Source: Laetmonice hystrix
Lineage: Eukaryota
Assembly (NCBI GenBank): GCA_965235115.1
Contig: OZ249440.1
Location: 31,808,001 to 31,872,000 of the forward strand
DNA length: 64,000 bases
Direction: 5' to 3'
Position 1 is the first letter of the stretch; every line of letters starts with the position of its first letter. Below are positions 61,303-64,000 of this stretch, piece by piece. Below the pieces are notes generated by a model. It was given only the letters and a program-made list of their open reading frames with translations. It ran no database searches and was not told the origin of the DNA. The position numbers and the translations under genes were made by a program.

Positions 61303-61599
61303 CAGGGTTTCCGCCAGAAAAAAAATTTAGGGTACAGACCAGAGGAGGGGTTAGGGTTAGGGTTAGCCTAACCCTAACCCTACCTGCTGTTACAAATATG
61401 TGAATTAATCAAATAAAGACTGCATATATACTGTACAACATTATATTTGATTCCTTCAAGTTGCTCAAGGCATCATCAGGAGGTTTTTATCACTTTATGG
61501 AAAAATGGTTACCCAACGATTTTGAGGGTACGGATCCGTACCCTGGAAAAATTTTAGGGTACGGAATTTTACCCATTTTACCCTCTGGCAGAAACCCTG
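61303..61599. mobile_element. hAT-like MITE with 5-bp TSD
   Basis: TIR CAGGGTTTC.GCCAGA, TSD ATAAT; contains short head-to-head TTAGGG / CCCTAA repeats. Confidence 0.8.
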
Positions 61600-64000
61600 A
61601 TAATATTAGAATGTTTCGCTGACAAAAAGACGTGCCTCGTTAAGTCAACTGTGGCTGTGACATCATTGAGAGGACGTGCGTCACAGTCATGACGACTAAT
61701 GTAGACTGCACTATTTTGCTTTCTAGCTCTCGTTTTATTAAAAGATGGATTAAAATGCTACAGAGGCAGAGACTTGGAAGGTCAGTAGATATTCTCAGAA
61801 AATTATAGCATTATAATACCTCTGTAAACATCACTGTAGGCGGCTGATCCTACACAGCTTAGATCGGAGCCTGGCTGTCTATTGTGATATTTAACGTCAT
61901 TATCAAAGTTTTGGGAACTTTTAAATTTCAAAACAAAGCTTGCTGGATTCAAAACTATAAGGAGGTCTTTGAAACTATAAGGTATAGGTCGTCGAGACAG
62001 ATTTTGCATGGCAAGACCAGCTAGGTAGAAAAGTCACAAGTTTTCAGGTTTTTTATACCTTTTTCATGGTTTTTAAATGGCCATACGAAAAAGAATCCTT
62101 TAACCTATTTATTAAATTTTATACTGGACAAAAACTGAATATCTCTAGTTTCCTTTGCACCAATTTCCATGTGAATTGATTCATTATTCCCACTGCGGGC
62201 GAAGCACCAAGGTCAGAAAAACTAAATTTTTTGTTCCCAACTTAAGGTGCAGAGCTATAGATCAATTGGTTGTGAGAGAAGTATGTAATTTGTTGCAATC
62301 CGATGCATTTTGGAGCACAAAATAAGTTCTTCAATGACCAATGTGACCAAAGGCTAAAGTGCCTCCTCAAGTCCAACAGCAACTTTGGCTAGATCTATAC
62401 CGGGTAGCATGAAATTATGCCGAGCGTAGTAAGGCAAAAAAAATTTTTAGGTGGTTTTTATCTTGCGACTGAAAGAAAAAAAACCTTCTAAATTATAATG
62501 TTTGAACCCTCTTAAGTTAAAATGTGTGTATCTGCAAAATTTTAGGGGGGGGGTTCGAACTCCCTGAACCTCCCCCCTGGATCCGCCAGTGACAGCGCCT
62601 GGCATTTCACGTAGACTATCTAGGGCCTACTGGCCATGCAGGCCCTCTCGCAGCGCGTTCAACCAGCGGTGACGCAGTCACGCGATGCGCCGCAGATGGC
62701 TGACGGAGCTACAGGCCCGACTTGCTCGTAAACAACTGGACCGTGTGGACGGTATATTTGTCCAATAATCATAATCAAGTTTGGAATAGAAATTTAATTA
62801 CCGTTGCTCTCTGAAAATATCGATTTCAGGCTCAGTGGAAGAAGTTTAGTATTAAAACGAAGGCTGCAAAGTTGCGATAACGGACCTCTTCGCAGGGCGT
62901 CGCCGGGCCAGAGTCACTACAGCTGGGGTGTTTCTGAAGAGCCTACATTCCTTACACAGCTTCTCGGGAATTTCTGTACATTTTTCTCTCATCACTCTCT
63001 GATTGCTTTATAAACCTTCCTTTATGCTTCACAGGCATATTCAGTCGTATAGATGGGAACATTCTTGCTTATAAGGTCGAAGTCGGCCGCCAAACAAAAA
63101 TACTGCGCAGTGGGAATTGAATTGAGTGGTGCAAAACACGTATACCGGGCACGGCTACACCCGCCTAGAAACAGCTACAACACTTGCTCAACATGTGCAA
63201 TGATGATGCACATAAACAAATGGAGCGATTGTCTTTAAACCACTGGTGAACAAAATTCCTCATATGTACATGGGGGAAAGGTTATCTGTTGTATTTACCA
63301 GAAAATGGGCTGGCATGGTTTGTGTACATAACGGAGATTGAAAGAAATGGTTACGTACACATGCCACCCAAAAGATTGTCCAGGAACAAAATATGCAGCA
63401 GGCAGCATACGTGAACAGTGGACCTATAGAAATAACATGATATTTTGGATTGTTGCAAAGAGATAATATGAGAAAGTAACTTATATAGAGGGAATGTTTT
63501 ATTGTGCAAGTGGGACTGCCTCTCTCAGGTTTGGAAAATGCAGCCAAAATTGGAGTGTTTTGAGGTATGACACCCCCATTACAAAAAACGGGGGCGATTT
63601 TTTTTTATATCTTTAATGTTGTCAGTTAATGGAAATATATTAATCATTTAGAAATTATAAGAAAATTGTGTGATTTACACAATGAAATTCTGTGAGCTCT
63701 AATGTGTAGCACCTTGGTAGACTGACCCATATACATAATACAAAATAAAAATACAACTTGCCATAAGAGGGCATTAAATCTGATACAGACATCGCGATCG
63801 AGAGGAGAACATACGGCACACGTGGCTGACTCGCAAGTGTCAGTCACGGTGTCTGACAGGGAGGCGCTCGGTGGGAGGAGCGGGCAACCGGCTGGACGGG
63901 TGGCGGCCTCCGCCGGGTGCCGCTCTGCCTCGGAGGGAGGGAGATAGGGCGACCTTCTGAAAGGCCACACCCCACCCACATCAGAATTTCTTATGTTGTA

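Noticed and set aside
61347..61383. Head-to-head TTAGGG / CCCTAA as a telomere fusion scar
   Set aside because: Only about three plus two units, and it lies inside a TSD-bounded MITE.
59581..64000. Upstream alpha-catenin exon (WDPK...LEPL) and, in 1-12106, the next downstream exon
   Set aside because: No matching translation found by eye; they probably lie outside the window.

Overview
Animal genomic DNA, probably from a marine invertebrate; the taxon cannot be fixed from sequence alone. Three internal coding exons of an alpha-catenin gene lie on the minus strand (59391-59580, 14412-14578, 12107-12226). All are GT-AG and in frame, and the rest of the window appears to be intron, including a 44.8-kb intron packed with nested transposable elements. 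The largest is a decayed Gmr1-like Gypsy element (28202-~55001; tRNA-Pro PBS; integrase before RT). Its gag is split by a Kolobok-like element and by a 16-kb second Gypsy element (36108-52197, GTAC TSD). That inner element keeps remnants of an env-like fusion gene and has an unusual tandem array of LTR-end plus PBS-like units. It also hosts a DD35D pogo, a LINE 3' end, an ISL2EU-like fragment and a full-length two-gene Harbinger carrying further MITEs. Also present are a pol-deleted Gypsy at the left edge, two foldback Sola2-like elements, four copies of a Tc1/mariner deletion derivative, a MULE-like long-TIR element, a solo LTR and many MITEs. No TE gene is clearly intact. All family assignments come from motif recognition by eye, without database searches.
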